Program-made: the position numbers and the translations under genes
The notes under the pieces: generated by a model
The model's database searches: none
Seen by the model: the letters and a program-made list of their open reading frames with translations, nothing else
What the model was told of the DNA's origin: nothing
Part shown: piece after piece, positions 17,615-27,777 of the stretch
How the letters are laid out: each line of letters begins with the position of its first letter
How positions within the stretch are numbered: position 1 is the first letter of the stretch
NCBI GenBank assembly: GCA_963718525.1
Contig: OY970355.1
Coordinates: 2,496,001-2,560,000, forward strand
Source of the DNA: Candidatus Dormiibacterota bacterium
GTDB taxonomy: Bacteria > Chloroflexota > Dormibacteria > Aeolococcales > Aeolococcaceae
Direction: 5' to 3'
Length of the DNA: 64,000 nucleotides

Positions 17615-17878
17615 TTATGGCCCTCGGCGCCGGGCCGGCGCGAGAACGGCGCCGGTCACCTCGAAGAGCACGACACCGATGGCGTCGGCAACCGGATGGA
17701 GCGCTCCCAGGGGCGGTCCGCCGATCCGCGTGGCGATGGCGACCAGCTCGCCCGCGACCACGCCGGCTGCGGCGAGGACCAGCGCGAGCAGCAGCGAGCC
17801 CCGGCGCGGCACCACCAGGGCCGACACGGTGGTACCGATGAGGACGAAGAGAATCGCGAGGCCGAGCCCCGGGCTCAC
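17615..17878 (-). CDS. Small three-TM membrane protein (loosely GlsB/YeaQ-like)
   Basis: 87 aa, highly hydrophobic; GTGA overlap with the aspS stop. Confidence 0.7.
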   Translation of the reverse strand: MSPGLGLAILFVLIGTTVSALVVPRRGSLLLALVLAAAGVVAGELVAIATRIGGPPLGALHPVADAIGVVLFEVTGAVLAPARRRGP

Positions 17879-19659
17879 GGCGTCCGAGTGGCAGGGATGA
17901 TCGCGATCCCCAGTTCGCGAACCTGGGCGGGGTCGACGGGAGCGGGCGCGTCAGTCATCGGCTCCTGAGCCTGCTGGTTCTTGGGAAATGCGATCACGTC
18001 ACGGATGTTGTCGGTGCCGAGGCCTTCCATCACCATGCGATCGATGCCGCCCGCCCATCCGCCGTGCGGCGGCACACCGTATTCGAACGCCTCGAGCAGG
18101 AAACCGAACTTGCGCCTCGCCTCGTCGGCATCGATGCCCAGGGCGGCGAGAACGCGTTGCTGGATCGCAGGGTCGGTGATGCGGATGCTGCCGCTGCCGA
18201 TCTCACGCCCGTTGACGACCAGGTCGTACGCGCGAGAGCGCACCGCGAGCGGATCCGTCTCGAGCAGGTCGAGATCGTCCCTGTGGATCATCGTGAACGG
18301 GTGGTGCGCGGCAGTGATCTCGCCCGTCTCGTCGTTGCGTTCGAACATCGGAAACTCGGTCACCCAGAGCATGTCGACGCGAGCGTCGTCGTAGAGACCG
18401 CGTGTGCGGCCGAGATGGTTGCGCACAGCGCCGAGCGCGGCGTTGACCACGCCGGGGCGGTCGGCCACCATGAGCACGCAGTCGCCGGTCTCGGCGCCGG
18501 TAGCGGCCCCGATGGCATCGAGCTCCTCGGCGGTGAAGAACTTTGCGATTCCCCCCTGCCAGCCATCGGCTCGTTTCCAGAGATACGCCAGCCCGCGGCC
18601 TTTCGCCGCCCGCGCGACCTCGGTCAGCTGTCCTTCGATATCGCTGCGGCTCAGGTCCTCACCACCCTTGACGCAGATGCCCTTGACGATGCCCCCGGCG
18701 GCCACCGCCTCGGCGAACACGCGGAATCCCGATGTCCTCACGGAATCGGTGAGGTCGTGCAGGAGCAGCTCGAATCGCGTGTCGGGCTTGTCGACACCGT
18801 AGCTGTCCATCGCCCGCCGCCAGGTCATCCGCGGGAACGGCACGCCGAGCCGGCCCCCCCGGAAGTCGCACGCATGCCATGCGCTCGGAATCGCGTGCTC
18901 GAGCGCGGCATACACGTCGTCCTCGTCGGTGAACGACATCTCGATGTCGAGCTGGGTGAACTCCGGCTGGCGGTCGGCGCGCAGGTCCTCGTCGCGCATG
19001 CATCGCGCGAGCTGGAAGTACCTGTCGAACCCCGCCACCATGGAGAGCTGCTTGTAGAGCTGGGGTGACTGGGGCAGTGCGTAGAAGCTGCCGTGGTAGA
19101 GCCGGCTCGGCACGAGGTAATCGCGAGCCCCCTCCGGGGTCGCCCGGATCATCATCGGAGTCTCGATCTCCAGAAAGCCGATCTCCCCCATCGCGCGGCG
19201 CAGTTCTGCGCAGAACTTGGCGCGAGCGCGAAGGTTGCGTTGCAAGTGGGTGCGCCGAAGGTCGAGATAGCGATGGCGGAGCCGGAGCTGCTCCTCGACC
19301 TCGGTGTCCTCGTTGACGGGGAATGGCGGTGTCTTGGCGACCGCGAGGACTGTGCATGCCCTCGCTCGCAACTCGACCTCGCCGGTCTCGCGCTTGGGGT
19401 TGACGTTCTCCGGGGATCGCATCCTGATCTCGCCGTCGATGCGCAGCACCCATTCGAGCCGTGCCTCCCGAGCGGCCTGGTGTGCCTCGGGCGCTTCGTT
19501 CGGGTCGATGACCACCTGGAGGATGCCGGTGTGGTCGCGCAGGTCGATGAAGATGAGACCGCCATGGTCGCGCCGGCGGTCGACCCAGCCGAACGCAGTC
19601 GCAGCCTTCCCCGAGTCGGCGGCGCGCGGCGTGCCGCAATAGGTGCGGTCAGTGCTCAC
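17875..19659 (-). CDS. aspS: Aspartate--tRNA ligase (probably non-discriminating)
   Basis: RTYCG, GWVDRRRDHGGLIFIDLRD, TPEGARDY, YALPQSPQLYKQ, RDEDLRADRQPEFTQ, HHPFT, PPHGG.A.G.DR. Start GTG 19659. Confidence 0.97.
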   Translation of the reverse strand: MSTDRTYCGTPRAADSGKAATAFGWVDRRRDHGGLIFIDLRDHTGILQVVIDPNEAPEAHQAAREARLEWVLRIDGEIRMRSPENVNPKRETGEVELRARACTVLAVAKTPPFPVNEDTEVEEQLRLRHRYLDLRRTHLQRNLRARAKFCAELRRAMGEIGFLEIETPMMIRATPEGARDYLVPSRLYHGSFYALPQSPQLYKQLSMVAGFDRYFQLARCMRDEDLRADRQPEFTQLDIEMSFTDEDDVYAALEHAIPSAWHACDFRGGRLGVPFPRMTWRRAMDSYGVDKPDTRFELLLHDLTDSVRTSGFRVFAEAVAAGGIVKGICVKGGEDLSRSDIEGQLTEVARAAKGRGLAYLWKRADGWQGGIAKFFTAEELDAIGAATGAETGDCVLMVADRPGVVNAALGAVRNHLGRTRGLYDDARVDMLWVTEFPMFERNDETGEITAAHHPFTMIHRDDLDLLETDPLAVRSRAYDLVVNGREIGSGSIRITDPAIQQRVLAALGIDADEARRKFGFLLEAFEYGVPPHGGWAGGIDRMVMEGLGTDNIRDVIAFPKNQQAQEPMTDAPAPVDPAQVRELGIAIIPATRTP

Positions 19660-20926
19660 GAGTTCCTCCGAGAATGCGTATGACGACGTCGGCAAGCTCG
19701 CTGACGGGCACCGTCTGCTGGCTGCGCGCGTCGAGGTCACGAACCACCGCGCTGTCCGTCGCCACCTCGTTCTCGCCAACGATGACGGCAACTCGGGCGC
19801 CGATGCGGCCGGCGGCACGCAGCTTGCGATCCAGCCGCCGCTCGGCAACGTCGAGGACCGTACGGGCACGCGCGTCGCGCAGCAGTCGTGCCATGGCCGC
19901 GGCAGCCTCCTCCTGACCTGGCTCGACCGAGCAGACGAGCACGTCCACGGCAGACGGCGGCGCCGGGACGGTGCCGAGGCTCCGGGCGACCATCAGGATC
20001 CGTTCCACCCCGAGCGCGTAGCCGGTGGCCGGGGTCGCCGGGAGGCCGAGCAACCCGGCCAGGCCGTCGTAGCGACCGCCTCCGCCGAGTGAGCTCTGTG
20101 CGCCCTGGAGCACGTCGTGCCAGAACTCGAAGACCGTGTGGCTGTAGTAGTCGAGCCCGCGCACCAACCGGTCGTTGCGGACCGCATCGATGCCGGCGGC
20201 CTCGAGATCGCGCTGCACCGCGGTGAGATGCTCGCGGCTCTCGGGACCGAGCACCTCCCAGAGAATCGGCGCCCCGGCGACCAGCCCGGCGTCGCGCTTG
20301 CAGTCGAGCAGCCGGAGTGGATTGGTGTGCAGGCGGCGGCGGCAGTCATCGCAGAGCGACGCCTCCAGCGGCGTGTAGTAGGCGACCAGTGCCTCCCGGT
20401 ATCGAGCGCGCTCCTCGGGGCTGCCCAGTGAGTTGACCTGGAGGTTGATGCCGGTGATGCCGAGCGCCCGGAAGAACCGCCACGCCACCTCGATGATCTC
20501 GGCGTCCAGCGCCGGCGTGCCTTCGCCGATGCACTCGATGCCGACCTGGGTGAACTGATGCTGACGGCCCGCCTGGGGGCGCTCGGCGCGAAAGAACGGG
20601 CCTGCGTACTGGACCCGCACGGGCCGGACCTCCTGGTCGAGGTGGGCGCTCAGCACGGCGCGGAGCGCTCCGGCGGTTCCCTCGGGCCGCAGTGTCAGCG
20701 ACCGTCCGCCTCGATCCTGGAACGTGAACATCTGCTTCTCGACGATGTCAGTCTCCTCGCCCACGCCGCGGCTGAACAACTCGGTCGCCTCGATGATGGG
20801 CGTCTCGATTGGACGGTAGCCAAAGGATTCAGCGACCGTCCGGTGCGTATCCAGGAGCCAATGTCGCGCCGCAAACTCATCCGGAAGGATGTCGCGGGTT
20901 CCTTTTGGTGCTGCGATCTCAGGCAT
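19649..20926 (-). CDS. hisS: Histidine--tRNA ligase
   Basis: PKGTRDILP, LTLRPEGTA, FRAERPQAGR, LVRGLDYY, GGGRYDGL, G.ERI. Confidence 0.98.
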   Translation of the reverse strand: MPEIAAPKGTRDILPDEFAARHWLLDTHRTVAESFGYRPIETPIIEATELFSRGVGEETDIVEKQMFTFQDRGGRSLTLRPEGTAGALRAVLSAHLDQEVRPVRVQYAGPFFRAERPQAGRQHQFTQVGIECIGEGTPALDAEIIEVAWRFFRALGITGINLQVNSLGSPEERARYREALVAYYTPLEASLCDDCRRRLHTNPLRLLDCKRDAGLVAGAPILWEVLGPESREHLTAVQRDLEAAGIDAVRNDRLVRGLDYYSHTVFEFWHDVLQGAQSSLGGGGRYDGLAGLLGLPATPATGYALGVERILMVARSLGTVPAPPSAVDVLVCSVEPGQEEAAAAMARLLRDARARTVLDVAERRLDRKLRAAGRIGARVAVIVGENEVATDSAVVRDLDARSQQTVPVSELADVVIRILGGTREH

Positions 20927-20976
20927 TGGCGTCCGAGTGTACGGGCTAGCGGCTGCAACGAAACCTCGTGCCCGGC

Positions 20977-21342
20977 TCAGCCGATGCGTTCACGAAATCG
21001 CGCGGCGTTGTGGGGATTGTCGAAGGCGACGGTCGGGACGAAGTCGTCCCCGAGGCCATGCAGCTGCCGAAGCGTCGCCTCGCAGCGCGCCGCCAGAACC
21101 CGCGGCCCGCAATCCTGGCAGCCGTCGAGCGAACGCGCGTTGACCAACACCTGGGGGCCGTGCTCCAGGCCGACCACGAGGGCGCAGCCCGCCGCGGTGA
21201 TCACGAGCGCATCACGCCGTCTCCCCGCCACGCCGATGCGAAGCGATGCGTTGGTTTCCGACTCGAGCAGCTCCGCCGTCGCCAGTTCGAGCATCCGGAT
21301 CCGGGCCGGCCTGTCCACAGGACAAGTGTTGCGAGCGCGCAC
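20977..21342 (-). CDS. Hypothetical protein with CQDC motif (start uncertain: 21294, 21318 or 21342)
   Basis: Fills the rel-hisS gap on the operon strand; strongly GC-rich third codon positions from ATG 21294; no family recognised. Confidence 0.6.
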   Translation of the reverse strand: MRARNTCPVDRPARIRMLELATAELLESETNASLRIGVAGRRRDALVITAAGCALVVGLEHGPQVLVNARSLDGCQDCGPRVLAARCEATLRQLHGLGDDFVPTVAFDNPHNAARFRERIG

Positions 21343-21363
21343 GACACGTGGTTGTCGCGCCGT

Positions 21364-23496
21364 TCACACCGTGTCGCGCGCCACCGTGTGGACGTCGCGA
21401 ACCGACTCGAGTCGCTCGAGCAGTCGGCTCAACTGCGACAGGTTCTGGATCTCGACGATCGTGCTGATCACGGCGGTCTTGTCGTCGTAGACCTGCACAT
21501 CAGCACCGCTCAGGTTGATCTTCGATTCGGCGATCACGGCGGCGATGTCCCGGAGCAGCCCGGTGCGGTCCCACGCCTCGATCTTGATGCTGACCGGGTA
21601 CACCTGGCGAGCACCGGTCTCCCACTCGACGTCGACGATGCGCTCCACGTCGCCGGCGTTGCGCACGTTCACGCAGTCGGCGCGATGCACCGTGACGCCC
21701 TTGCCTCGCGTCACGTAGCCGCGAATCGCATCACCGGCGACCGGTTTGCAGCAGTGCGCGAGCGTGGTCAGCATGTCGACGTGTCCGTGCACGCGTACCG
21801 TGCCGGTGGGCGCCGGCGTGCTGGTGAGCGGAATGCCGAGGATCCGATCGTCGTCGGTCTGCTGCTCGTCTGCGCCGAACTTCAGCACCGCGCTCCGCGC
21901 GCTGATGTCGCCGTACCCGATCGCCGCGACGAAGTCGTCGACGGATGCCACCTTGAATTCCTGGGCAAGGTCGAGGAGCTGATCGTCCTTGACACCACTC
22001 AGGGACATCTGGCGGAGGCGCCGGAACTCCTTGTCCAGCATCTCCCGGCCCTTCTGAATGTTCTCGTCGCGGCGTTCGCGCTTGAACCATTGACGAATCT
22101 TCTCGCGCGCGCTCGACGTCTTGACGAAGTTCAGCCAGTCGCGCGACGGCCCGTGCGGTGCCTTGGTGGTGAGCACCTCCACGATCTCGCCGTTCTCGAG
22201 GCGGTGGTCGAGCGGCACCATCCGGCCGTTGACCTTTGCGCCGATGCAGCTGTGTCCGACATCGGTGTGGATGCGATATGCGAAGTCCACCGGCGTCGAC
22301 CCCTGCGGCAGCGAGCGCACGTCGCCGCGTGGCGTGAACACGAAGACCTCATCCTGGAAGATGTCGACCTTGACGGTGTTGACGAAGGCCTCGGCGTCGA
22401 GCACCTCCTTCTGCCAGTCCATCAACAGGCGCAGCCATGTGAAGCGCTCGTCGATGCGCGCGCCGTCCGGGCCGCCCTTGTAGCGCCAGTGCGCGGCGAC
22501 GCCGTACTCCGAGGTCTCGTGCATCTCCTGGGTGCGGATCTGCACTTCCATCGGCTCGCCGGTATGGGACAGCACCGTCGTGTGCAACGACTGATAGCCG
22601 TTGCCTTTGGGCATCGCGATGTAGTCCTTGAAACGGCCCGGCAGCGGCTTCCAGAGGGAATGCACGACACCGAGCGCGCCGTAGCAGTCCTTGATCGAGT
22701 CCACGAGCACGCGGATGGCGATGATGTCGTAGATCTCGCCGAATTCCTTCTGGCCGCGGATCATCTTCTCGTGGATGCTGTACGTGTGCTTGGTACGGCC
22801 TGCGATCTCCGCCTGCATGCCCAGCGGTGCGAACTCGCGGCCCAGGATCTCGGTGACGTCGCGCACGAACGCGTCCCGCTGCTCCCGGCTGCTGGCGAGC
22901 CGGCTTTCGATCAGGTGATAGTTGTCAGGGTCAAGCTGCACGAATGCGAGGTCTTCGAGTTCGCCCTTGATCTCCCAGATGCCGAGCCGATGCGCGAGTG
23001 GCGCGTAGATGTCCAGGGTCTCGCGGCTGATGCGGAGCCGGCGCTCGGCGGTGTGGCCGTTGATCGTGCGCATGTTGTGGAGTTGATCGCCGAGCTTGAT
23101 GAGCACGACGCGCACGTCCTCAGCCATCGCGACGAGCATCTTTCGGATGTTCTCGGCCTGGTGCTCCTCGGCACTGCGCACGTGGATCTTGCCGAGCTTG
23201 GTCACCCCGTCGACGAGCTTCGCAACCTGGTCGCCGAACAGGCTTCGCACCTCTTCGCGGGTGACCTCCGTGTCCTCGACGGTGTCGTGCAGCAGCGCGG
23301 CCATGAGCGTTTCCGGGTCGAGTCGCAGGTCGGCGAGGATGCCTGCCACCGCCAGGGGATGCTCGATGTACGCCTCGCCTGTCAGCCTCGCCTGGCCGGT
23401 GTGTGCGCGGTCAGCGACGTCGAAGGCGCGGCGGATGGCATGTTGATCCTCCGCCGGGAGGTAGTCGACGCGAGCCATGAGGTCGGTGAGGGGCAC
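21364..23496 (-). CDS. relA: Bifunctional (p)ppGpp synthetase/hydrolase Rel (RelA/SpoT)
   Basis: HD motif (LLHDTVED), RFKDYIAMPK.NGYQSLHT, EVQIRT, TGS (TPVDFAY..HT), CCKPVAGD and ACT domains. Confidence 0.97.
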   Translation of the reverse strand: MPLTDLMARVDYLPAEDQHAIRRAFDVADRAHTGQARLTGEAYIEHPLAVAGILADLRLDPETLMAALLHDTVEDTEVTREEVRSLFGDQVAKLVDGVTKLGKIHVRSAEEHQAENIRKMLVAMAEDVRVVLIKLGDQLHNMRTINGHTAERRLRISRETLDIYAPLAHRLGIWEIKGELEDLAFVQLDPDNYHLIESRLASSREQRDAFVRDVTEILGREFAPLGMQAEIAGRTKHTYSIHEKMIRGQKEFGEIYDIIAIRVLVDSIKDCYGALGVVHSLWKPLPGRFKDYIAMPKGNGYQSLHTTVLSHTGEPMEVQIRTQEMHETSEYGVAAHWRYKGGPDGARIDERFTWLRLLMDWQKEVLDAEAFVNTVKVDIFQDEVFVFTPRGDVRSLPQGSTPVDFAYRIHTDVGHSCIGAKVNGRMVPLDHRLENGEIVEVLTTKAPHGPSRDWLNFVKTSSAREKIRQWFKRERRDENIQKGREMLDKEFRRLRQMSLSGVKDDQLLDLAQEFKVASVDDFVAAIGYGDISARSAVLKFGADEQQTDDDRILGIPLTSTPAPTGTVRVHGHVDMLTTLAHCCKPVAGDAIRGYVTRGKGVTVHRADCVNVRNAGDVERIVDVEWETGARQVYPVSIKIEAWDRTGLLRDIAAVIAESKINLSGADVQVYDDKTAVISTIVEIQNLSQLSRLLERLESVRDVHTVARDTV

Positions 23497-23579
23497 AGCC
23501 TTTATGAGTGTAGAGCCAGAGCGGTTCGATCAAACACGATGTAACGAGAGTATGTGCAACGAGTGAATTCAAGCGACCG

Positions 23580-23640
23580 ATTGCTAGCGGCAATGGGACG
23601 CGAAGCTGTTTGGAGGGACTGACCCGGTAGACTGACCGCG
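23580..23640 (+). promoter_or_regulatory. Candidate LysR box (T-N11-A palindrome) plus -10 element 7 nt before the sat ATG
   Basis: ATTGC-tagcg-GCAAT at 23580-23594; TAGACT at 23628-23633; no SD before ATG 23641. Confidence 0.45.
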
Positions 23641-24843
23641 ATGACCCTGGAATCAAGCGAGCCCCGAGTGGCAGAGAACGAGGCAGCCCTCGTCACGCCG
23701 CTCGGGGGGGCGCTTGTTGACCTGCTGATGACGCCAGACGAGCTTGCCGACCTCAGCGCGCGCGCCGAGGACCTCATCTCCCTGCGCGTTTCGGAGACGG
23801 CGTCGGCCGATCTCGCGTTGCTCGGCAGCGGCGCGTACTCGCCGCTCAGCGGCTTCCAGGGCAGCAGCGACTACGCGAGCGTCGTCGAGCATGCACAGCT
23901 GAGTGACGGAACGCCGTGGACGCTGCCGATCACGCTGCCCGCCGGTGATCAGGCGCGAACCCTGCAGGAAGGCGCGGTCGTCGCCCTGCGCGACGAGGAC
24001 GGTCGTCTCCTCGGCGCCCTCACCGTGACCGAGATCTTCGATCGCGACCTGGAGACGGAGGCGCGCGAGGTGTACCGGACCAACGATCAGGCGCATCCCG
24101 GTGTCGCCGCGCTGTTCGCACAGGGACCGACGGTGGTCGCCGGCCCGGTGCGGGTTGCGGCGCAGGCGCCGGGTGATGTTCCGTCGACGCCGGCGGAGAC
24201 GCGCGCTGCGCTCGCCGATCGGGGCTGGTCGACGGTCGTGGGATTCCAGACTCGCAACCCCGTGCATCGCGCTCACGAGTACCTCACCAAGGTCGCGCTC
24301 GAGCAGGTCGACGGGCTGCTGCTCCAGCCCCTCTCCGGTGTCACCAAGGGTGATGACGTGCCGTTCGACGTCCGCATGCAGTGCTACCAGGTGTTGCTCA
24401 ACGGGTATTACCCGCCGAATCGCGTGGTGCTGGGAGTCTTCCCCGGTGCGATGCGCTATGCCGGACCTCGAGAAGCCATCTACCACGGTCAGGTTCGCCG
24501 GAACTATGGATGCTCGCATTTCATCATCGGACGCGATGCGGCCGGCGTCGGCAACTACTACGGCACCTATGACGCCCAGACGCTCTACGACGAGCTCGGC
24601 GGCGCGGAGCGTCTCGGCTTCGCCGCCTACAAGTTCGAGCACTCCTTCTACTGCCGGGCGTGCGAGAGCATGGCGAGCACCAAGACCTGCCCTCACGGCG
24701 CGGACGACCGCGTGATCCTGAGCGGTACTCGAGTTCGCGAGATGCTCACGCGTGGTGATCCGATCCCTCACGAGTTCACCAGGCCCGAAGTCGCGGAGAT
24801 CCTCCGCGCCGCCTACGCTGTCGCGGCCGCGATCCCTGGATGA
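23641..24843 (+). CDS. sat: Sulfate adenylyltransferase (ATP sulfurylase, Sat type)
   Basis: [57 protein letters not shown]...P.EF.RPEV. Confidence 0.97.
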   Translation: MTLESSEPRVAENEAALVTPLGGALVDLLMTPDELADLSARAEDLISLRVSETASADLALLGSGAYSPLSGFQGSSDYASVVEHAQLSDGTPWTLPITLPAGDQARTLQEGAVVALRDEDGRLLGALTVTEIFDRDLETEAREVYRTNDQAHPGVAALFAQGPTVVAGPVRVAAQAPGDVPSTPAETRAALADRGWSTVVGFQTRNPVHRAHEYLTKVALEQVDGLLLQPLSGVTKGDDVPFDVRMQCYQVLLNGYYPPNRVVLGVFPGAMRYAGPREAIYHGQVRRNYGCSHFIIGRDAAGVGNYYGTYDAQTLYDELGGAERLGFAAYKFEHSFYCRACESMASTKTCPHGADDRVILSGTRVREMLTRGDPIPHEFTRPEVAEILRAAYAVAAAIPG

Positions 24844-25382
24844 GCGGGCTCACCATCTGGTTCACCGGTCTGTCCGGGGCCGGCAAATCCACGATCGGAC
24901 AGCGAGTTGCGACCGAGCTCCGCGATCGCGGTCTGCAAGTTGAGGTGCTCGACGGCGACGAAGTGCGTCAGACCCTCAGCGCGGGACTGGGATTCAGCAA
25001 AGAAGATCGCGACATCAACATCCGGCGCATTGGATTCGTCGCCGAGCTGCTCACTCGCAACGGGGTCGTCGCCATCACTGCCGCCATCTCACCGTACAAG
25101 GACACGCGTGCCGAGGTGCGCCGGCGCATCGGCCGGTTCGTCGAGGTCTACGTTCGCTGTTCCATCGACGTGCTCTCCGAGCGCGACATCAAGGGGCTGT
25201 ACAAGCGGGCGCTCGCGGGAGAGATCGAGCACTTCACCGGCGTCTCGGATCCATACGAGGCACCTGACGCACCGGATGTGATCGTTGACAGTGGCACCCA
25301 GACGGTTGACGAGTCGGTCGCTGCCGTGATCGCCGCCGTCGAAGCAAGCGGCCTCCTTCCAATCCCGGCGCCTCGCGGCTAA
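24840..25382 (+). CDS. cysC: Adenylyl-sulfate kinase
   Basis: [53 protein letters not shown]. Confidence 0.97.
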   Translation: MSGLTIWFTGLSGAGKSTIGQRVATELRDRGLQVEVLDGDEVRQTLSAGLGFSKEDRDINIRRIGFVAELLTRNGVVAITAAISPYKDTRAEVRRRIGRFVEVYVRCSIDVLSERDIKGLYKRALAGEIEHFTGVSDPYEAPDAPDVIVDSGTQTVDESVAAVIAAVEASGLLPIPAPRG

Positions 25383-25389
25383 CGCCGCG

Positions 25390-26310
25390 ATGCGTACGGC
25401 GCAGTCGCGTCCCCGGCATCCGCGGCCCCGGATCACGCTCGACCAGCTGCACACCTTTCTCGCTGTCGCTGAGCGCGAGCACGTCACCGCGGCAGCCGAA
25501 GCGCTCGGCCTTTCCCAGGGATCGGTCAGCGGCGTGGTGCGCCGTCTCGAAGCCACCCTCGGCCTTCCCCTGCTCCAGCGGGTCGGTCGGAATGTGCAGC
25601 TCACCGACGTCGGCCGCGCGCTGCGTCAGCTCGCCGTCCGCGTGCTCGAGGACGTCGGCCAGATCGAGGAGTTGCGTGCGGGCTATCTCGCCTTCGAGCG
25701 CGGTGAGCTCACCGTCGCCGCAGGACGCGTCATGGGCGCGCATCGACTGTCGGGCTGGCTCGCACCCTTTGTTGCCGAGCATCCGGAGATCAACGTACGG
25801 CTTGCGCTCGCGCCGATGCGCTCGCTGGTCACCATGCTCATCGAAGGCCGGGCCGACATCATTCTCGCCGGGGCATCAGTGCGCGAACCTGGCATCGAGA
25901 CGGTCGTGCTTGAACACACCGAGCTGGTCACCCTGGTCGCCGCCCATCATCCGCTGGCGTCGAGCCGGACCGCCGTTCGCGACCTGGTGACCCATCGTCA
26001 TCTTGCTCACGAGCGTGGCAGCGCCACGGAGGCACTTGCCGCCCACGCGCTCGGCACCCACGTCGACCCCGAGAACACGCTCGAGCTCGAGGAGGGTGCG
26101 CTCCATGCGGCGCTCCTCGCCGGGCTCGGGTTCGCCGCCATGCCACGCTCTGTTGTGGAGCAGGACATCGCGGAGGGCCGGCTCGTGGTCATCCCGCTCC
26201 CCGGGCGCACCGTCTCTCAGTCGTTTGCCGCCGCACGACGCCGCGACCTGCACACGCCGGCCGTCGAGGCGTTCTGGGCGCACCTCAAGCGGATCGCCGT
26301 CAAACCCTGA
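25390..26310 (+). CDS. LysR-family transcriptional regulator (CysL/CmpR-like)
   Basis: TLDQL..F.AVA....VTAAAEALGLSQ..VS..VRRLE..LG..L..RVGR...LT..G; ERGSAT; AGLG.A..PR. Confidence 0.92.
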   Translation: MRTAQSRPRHPRPRITLDQLHTFLAVAEREHVTAAAEALGLSQGSVSGVVRRLEATLGLPLLQRVGRNVQLTDVGRALRQLAVRVLEDVGQIEELRAGYLAFERGELTVAAGRVMGAHRLSGWLAPFVAEHPEINVRLALAPMRSLVTMLIEGRADIILAGASVREPGIETVVLEHTELVTLVAAHHPLASSRTAVRDLVTHRHLAHERGSATEALAAHALGTHVDPENTLELEEGALHAALLAGLGFAAMPRSVVEQDIAEGRLVVIPLPGRTVSQSFAAARRRDLHTPAVEAFWAHLKRIAVKP

Positions 26311-26320
26311 GCGGCCCGCC

Positions 26321-27766
26321 TCAATAGGAGCGGGCGAGCAGCGCGTAGAAGTCGGTGGGCTCACCACAGGCGATGCACGGGGCACCGTTCGCCGCGCGAT
26401 CGGCACGCAGGACGCGGACCGTCAATGCATGCACCGCGTTCTTGACCGCAATTTCGCAAGCTTCCGTGTTGCACATCGGCGCCGTCGCGAACACCGGTCG
26501 CTCGGCGAATGCGGCGATCAATTCCTCGAGGCTGGCAACCTCGACACTGCGCTCGTCACGGCGCTGGCGAGCGCGTTCGAAGATGGCGCGCTGCGACGCC
26601 TCGAGCAGGCTGGGGAGCTGTGCCGCCAGTCCAGACAGCGGGACGGTCTCCTGGGAGCCGTCGACACGATGCACGAGGGTGACATTGCCGCCGGCGAGGT
26701 CCTTGGCTCCCACGACGATCCGCAGCGGTACGCCGCGCAGTTCCCAGTGCGCGTATTTCTCTCCAGGACGCACCCCATCGCGGCGATCGACACGCAGTCG
26801 GATTCCTGCAGGGCACTCGCGTTCCAGACGTGCTGCGGCCTCCTCCACCACGACGGCAGCCGCCTCGTCGTTGCTGCGGGTGATCGGCACGACCACAACC
26901 TGCACCGGTGCCACCTTGGGCGGAAGGATCAGGCCCATGTCGTCGCCGTGGGCCATGATCACGGCGCCGACAGTCCGTGCCGACAGCCCCCACGAGGTCT
27001 GAAACGGATGCTGCCGCTGGTTGTCGCGATCGCTGTACGCAATGTCATACGCGCGAGTGAAGTTCTGACCGAGGTGGTGCGACGTCCCTGATTGCAACGC
27101 CCATCCGTCGGCCATCATCGCCTCGATGCTGACCGTGTAGCGGGCGCCGGGAAACTTCTCCGACTCCGTCTTGCGCCCCTTGATCACTGGGATTGCCAGC
27201 CAGTCCTCGGTGAGCTCCCGATAGCAGTCGAGCATGGTGTCCACCTCGTCAGCCGCCTCACTGTCGAGCTGATGGAATGTGTGCCCCTCCTGCCACAGGA
27301 ACTCGGTGGTGCGCAGGAAGAGTCGCGTGCGGTGCTCCCAACGCACGACGTTGCACCACTGGTTGATCTTCACGGGCAGGTCGCGCCAAGAATGAATCCA
27401 GCCCGCATACATGGAGCAGATGATCGTCTCGCTCGTCGGACGCACGGCAAGCCGCTCCTCGAGCTCCTTGCCACCTCCGCGTGTGACCCACGCAACCTGA
27501 GGGTCGAAGCCCTCCACGTGGTCCGCCTCCTTCTGCAGATATGACTCCGGTATGAAGAGCGGGAAGTACATGTTCTCGTGACCGGTGCGCTTGATCATGT
27601 CGTCGAGCGCGCGCTGGATGTTCTCCCACAAGGCGTAGCCGTACGGACGGATCACCATGCAACCGCGCACCGGAGAATAGTCGGCAAGCTCGGCACGACG
27701 GACCACATCCGTATACCAGCGGTCGAAATCCTCGCTCTGCGCAGTGATGCGCTTCTCGTCGGCCAT
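26321..27766 (-). CDS. proS: Proline--tRNA ligase, archaeal/eukaryote-like type
   Basis: DFDRWY.DVV..AELADY..VRGC, RPTSET, FLRTTEFLWQEGHT, QSGTSHHLGQNF, C-terminal ARSY. Start ATG 27766. Confidence 0.97.
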   Translation of the reverse strand: MADEKRITAQSEDFDRWYTDVVRRAELADYSPVRGCMVIRPYGYALWENIQRALDDMIKRTGHENMYFPLFIPESYLQKEADHVEGFDPQVAWVTRGGGKELEERLAVRPTSETIICSMYAGWIHSWRDLPVKINQWCNVVRWEHRTRLFLRTTEFLWQEGHTFHQLDSEAADEVDTMLDCYRELTEDWLAIPVIKGRKTESEKFPGARYTVSIEAMMADGWALQSGTSHHLGQNFTRAYDIAYSDRDNQRQHPFQTSWGLSARTVGAVIMAHGDDMGLILPPKVAPVQVVVVPITRSNDEAAAVVVEEAAARLERECPAGIRLRVDRRDGVRPGEKYAHWELRGVPLRIVVGAKDLAGGNVTLVHRVDGSQETVPLSGLAAQLPSLLEASQRAIFERARQRRDERSVEVASLEELIAAFAERPVFATAPMCNTEACEIAVKNAVHALTVRVLRADRAANGAPCIACGEPTDFYALLARSY

Positions 27767-27777
27767 GGCCGAGCAGT

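Noticed and set aside
23060-23110. Rel KLGDQLHN instead of KLADRLHN as possible loss of hydrolase activity
   Set aside because: The HD, ED, Asp and HN residues are retained, so one substitution is not enough to claim inactivity.
20968-23544. 858-aa plus-strand ORF, and similar long ORFs at 51449-53539, 53630-56248, 39520-41391, 27865-29286 and 11228-12766
   Set aside because: They are antisense shadows of well-conserved genes (rel, ftsY/smc, topA, ispG and others). High-GC codon bias removes stops on the opposite strand, and the translations show no motifs.
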